A DNA stretch of 64,000 nt from Methanobrevibacter sp. (GTDB lineage Archaea > Methanobacteriota > Methanobacteria > Methanobacteriales > Methanobacteriaceae): assembly GCF_017468685.1 (NCBI RefSeq), contig NZ_JAFUHT010000034.1:7221-71220 (forward strand), given 5' to 3'. Shown in pieces: positions 62,601 to 64,000 of this stretch. The position numbers and the translations under genes were made by a program. Each line of letters opens with the position of its first letter. The stretch's first letter is position 1. Below the pieces are notes generated by a model, which saw nothing but the letters and a program-made list of their open reading frames with translations, was not told the origin of the DNA and did not search any database.

Positions 62601-64000
62601 GTGAATATGTAATTTCTGCAAAACATGCCGGTCTTACAGGTTCTACAGTTAAATCAAATACCATTATTATAAAATTAATTGCTAATTTAGATGTCACATC
62701 CAATGATGTTGATTACTTAAATAATGTAACAATTACTATTAAATTGGATAATAATGCTCGTGGTAATGTTTCAGTATATATTGATGACTTTGAGCAAATC
62801 ATTGAATTAAATGACACCAACAATGGTGAAATTAAAGTTAATGTTCCTAACTTAAATGCAGGATATTATGACATTACTGTAATTTATGATGGAGATGATG
62901 AATACTTTGCAGATTATAAATCAACCAACATTACTGTAAACAAGATTAATCCAATAATAATCATTGTTTCACAGGATATTGAAGCTGATAATCCTGTTAA
63001 CGTTAGTGCTGTAGTGGCAGATACTGTAACCGGTAAATTAACTATTACTGTTGACGGCAAATCTTATGTTGTTTCAAGCAATGAAAATGTAACCATTAAT
63101 GATTTAACTCCTGGAAGTTATTCAATTGTTGTAAATTACGCTGGAGATAACAATTACAATGGATTAACCAATACTTCTTCATTTAAAGTAAGTAAAAAAG
63201 ATGTTGTTCCAAGTGATGATCAAACCAATTTGATTACTGTTTCTGATGATGGTAAAGTTAATTTGAATTTACCTGAAACTGCTTCAAGCTATGTTTTAAT
63301 TGATATTGACGGAACTCTTTACGCTGCTGAAGTAAAAGACGGTAAAATTGATTTTGAATTGCCAAAAACATTATCTTCTGGAAATCATACAGTTGTATTT
63401 AAATACTTGGGTGATGATAATTTCGCATCATTTGAAGTAACTCAAACAGTTAATGTAAATTCCAATTCTGCAGCAAGTAAAACCCAAACACAAATCATTG
63501 TGCCTAATGTCAATATTGTGTATAATTCAGGTAATCTGATTGCATCATTAAAAGATGCTAATGGTAAAGTTTTAGCAAATAAAATAGTTAAAGTTTCAAT
63601 TGGTAGTGTCAATCAGGTATTGACCACCGATTCAAACGGTCAGGTTAAATTGGCAATCACTTTAGCACCAAAAACTTATACTGCAACTGTTACTTTCGAG
63701 GGTGATGATCAATATGTTAAATCATCAGCTAATGCTAAAGTGGTAGTTAATAAAGCTAAATCATCAATTGCAGCTAAAAACAAAAAATTCAAAGCTAAAA
63801 CAAAAACTAAAAAATACACTATTACATTAAAAAACAATAAGGGAAAAATTATTAAAAATGCAAAAGTTACCTTGAAAGTTAAGGGTAAACTTTACAAGGC
63901 AAAAACAAATGCTAAAGGTAAAGCAACCTTTAAAATTACAAAATTAACCAAAAAAGGTAAATTCAAAGCAGTTATTAAATTTGCAGGTAATAGTTATTTC
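59660..64000 (+). CDS. Adhesin-like protein 2, at least 1447 aa, runs off the window (absent from the ORF track)
   Basis: GGAGG RBS, GTG, signal peptide MNKKILITILLILAIASITTVNA; GGAI repeats; the last window codons are in the same frame. Confidence 0.88.
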   Translation, partial: MNKKILITILLILAIASITTVNAVTDEATTATTDASELTIADDQENTIITETENDITSADDTEIGTYNELKNLINTNTNGTIELTKDYIFDSSASKTGILIDDDHDGLTIDGKNHKIDANGFSQIFHINADNVILKNIIFINGKSTQTTSDYYGGAIRWYGDDATIINSTFINNAAGRYGGAVTFYYTSGKIINSTFINNTAATDGGAFYEYGSGSSYNVEITNSKFINNKALSSSGNGGAIYLYQSPNSKLLNSTFINNTAGKFGGSIYWYGADSVISDITVINSTTTSSSGQGGSLHIATGSGTTISNSNFINSKSKTGGAVYIDDPDITIENSKFINSNATTSAGAIYVNDKNIKIINSTFINSTAAGSGGTFYWVGANGNIINSTIINSSSKSYAGAVYWAGSSNTYGQIINTTFINSTATNQGGTIYWASNYGSLINITIENSKSDARGGIIYWTGQYGTITNSKFINGTAATDGGVIYWYSRNPTITNNEFINNTALNGNAGAIYIFQSATPVLSGNKFKNNNASGNGGAIVFDGSSSGEIVQSEFINNTAAKIGGAIYASSSSSISLQKLNFEDNTALTNAGAVYITASDNPEIIDATFKNNIAGQNGGAVYIYNSQGAELNNIQFINNTALNGGSIYISASSSYSSTNTLEILNSNFTRNTATNDGGAIYWLSSSDDKGSISQLNFNDNNAVNGGAFYISGAYNAKVSQLTFNNNTAANNGGALLLTNVDKSTFNEITFNNNTAVNGGAVYSFNGGDDTTITESHFSDNTAVNGGAIYLNDVEDYEITGSDFRNNNAVNGGSVFLNNTVNTEISEDTFSKNTADNGASLYVIDGSASVLNSAFSEDVANENGVIYIDSGALTVTESLISSLETKYAIYSAGTLTLSQNTLGDENYIFLAKNSISSEVNIEIVDDEDYQGGLDYNLTAIITDDNDNRIILADNNLKFIIEEEEVEAVQDENGIWTNEYTFEKSGEYVISAKHAGLTGSTVKSNTIIIKLIANLDVTSNDVDYLNNVTITIKLDNNARGNVSVYIDDFEQIIELNDTNNGEIKVNVPNLNAGYYDITVIYDGDDEYFADYKSTNITVNKINPIIIIVSQDIEADNPVNVSAVVADTVTGKLTITVDGKSYVVSSNENVTINDLTPGSYSIVVNYAGDNNYNGLTNTSSFKVSKKDVVPSDDQTNLITVSDDGKVNLNLPETASSYVLIDIDGTLYAAEVKDGKIDFELPKTLSSGNHTVVFKYLGDDNFASFEVTQTVNVNSNSAASKTQTQIIVPNVNIVYNSGNLIASLKDANGKVLANKIVKVSIGSVNQVLTTDSNGQVKLAITLAPKTYTATVTFEGDDQYVKSSANAKVVVNKAKSSIAAKNKKFKAKTKTKKYTITLKNNKGKIIKNAKVTLKVKGKLYKAKTNAKGKATFKITKLTKKGKFKAVIKFAGNSYF

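Overview
A low-GC archaeal chromosome segment, most consistent with Methanobrevibacter (Methanobacteriales). Evidence: rpl40e, GGGP synthase, archaeal phosphopantothenate synthetase, a pseudomurein-type Mur ligase, an MTH538-like protein, hypAB and large adhesin-like proteins. It holds about 60 CDS, one tRNA-Ala(GGC), no rRNA, no CRISPR array and no classical IS transposase. A DNA-repair-rich core spans 28.7-48 kb: nurA-herA, mre11-rad50 (one frameshift), a UvrD-type helicase with an Fe-S PD-(D/E)XK nuclease, and an Hrq/MrfA helicase; an MrfB-like exonuclease lies at 19 kb. The most striking unexplained signals are non-coding. (1) A perfectly conserved 21-bp box (ATTACTTTTCAAATGCTCTCT) sits 7-9 nt upstream of a putative TATA box in front of all four repair transcription units in the core, a candidate DNA-damage regulon element. 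(2) A conserved, structurally covarying 5' leader precedes both tandem adhesin genes. (3) An 18-bp palindrome overlaps the promoters of the two adhesins and moaE and lies just upstream of a sulfur-relay gene. Accessory material includes a HEPN toxin-antitoxin-like pair, an Rpn-like nuclease gene between herA and mre11, and bacterial-type MATE, GNAT and esterase genes. All family calls come from motif recognition, not database searches.
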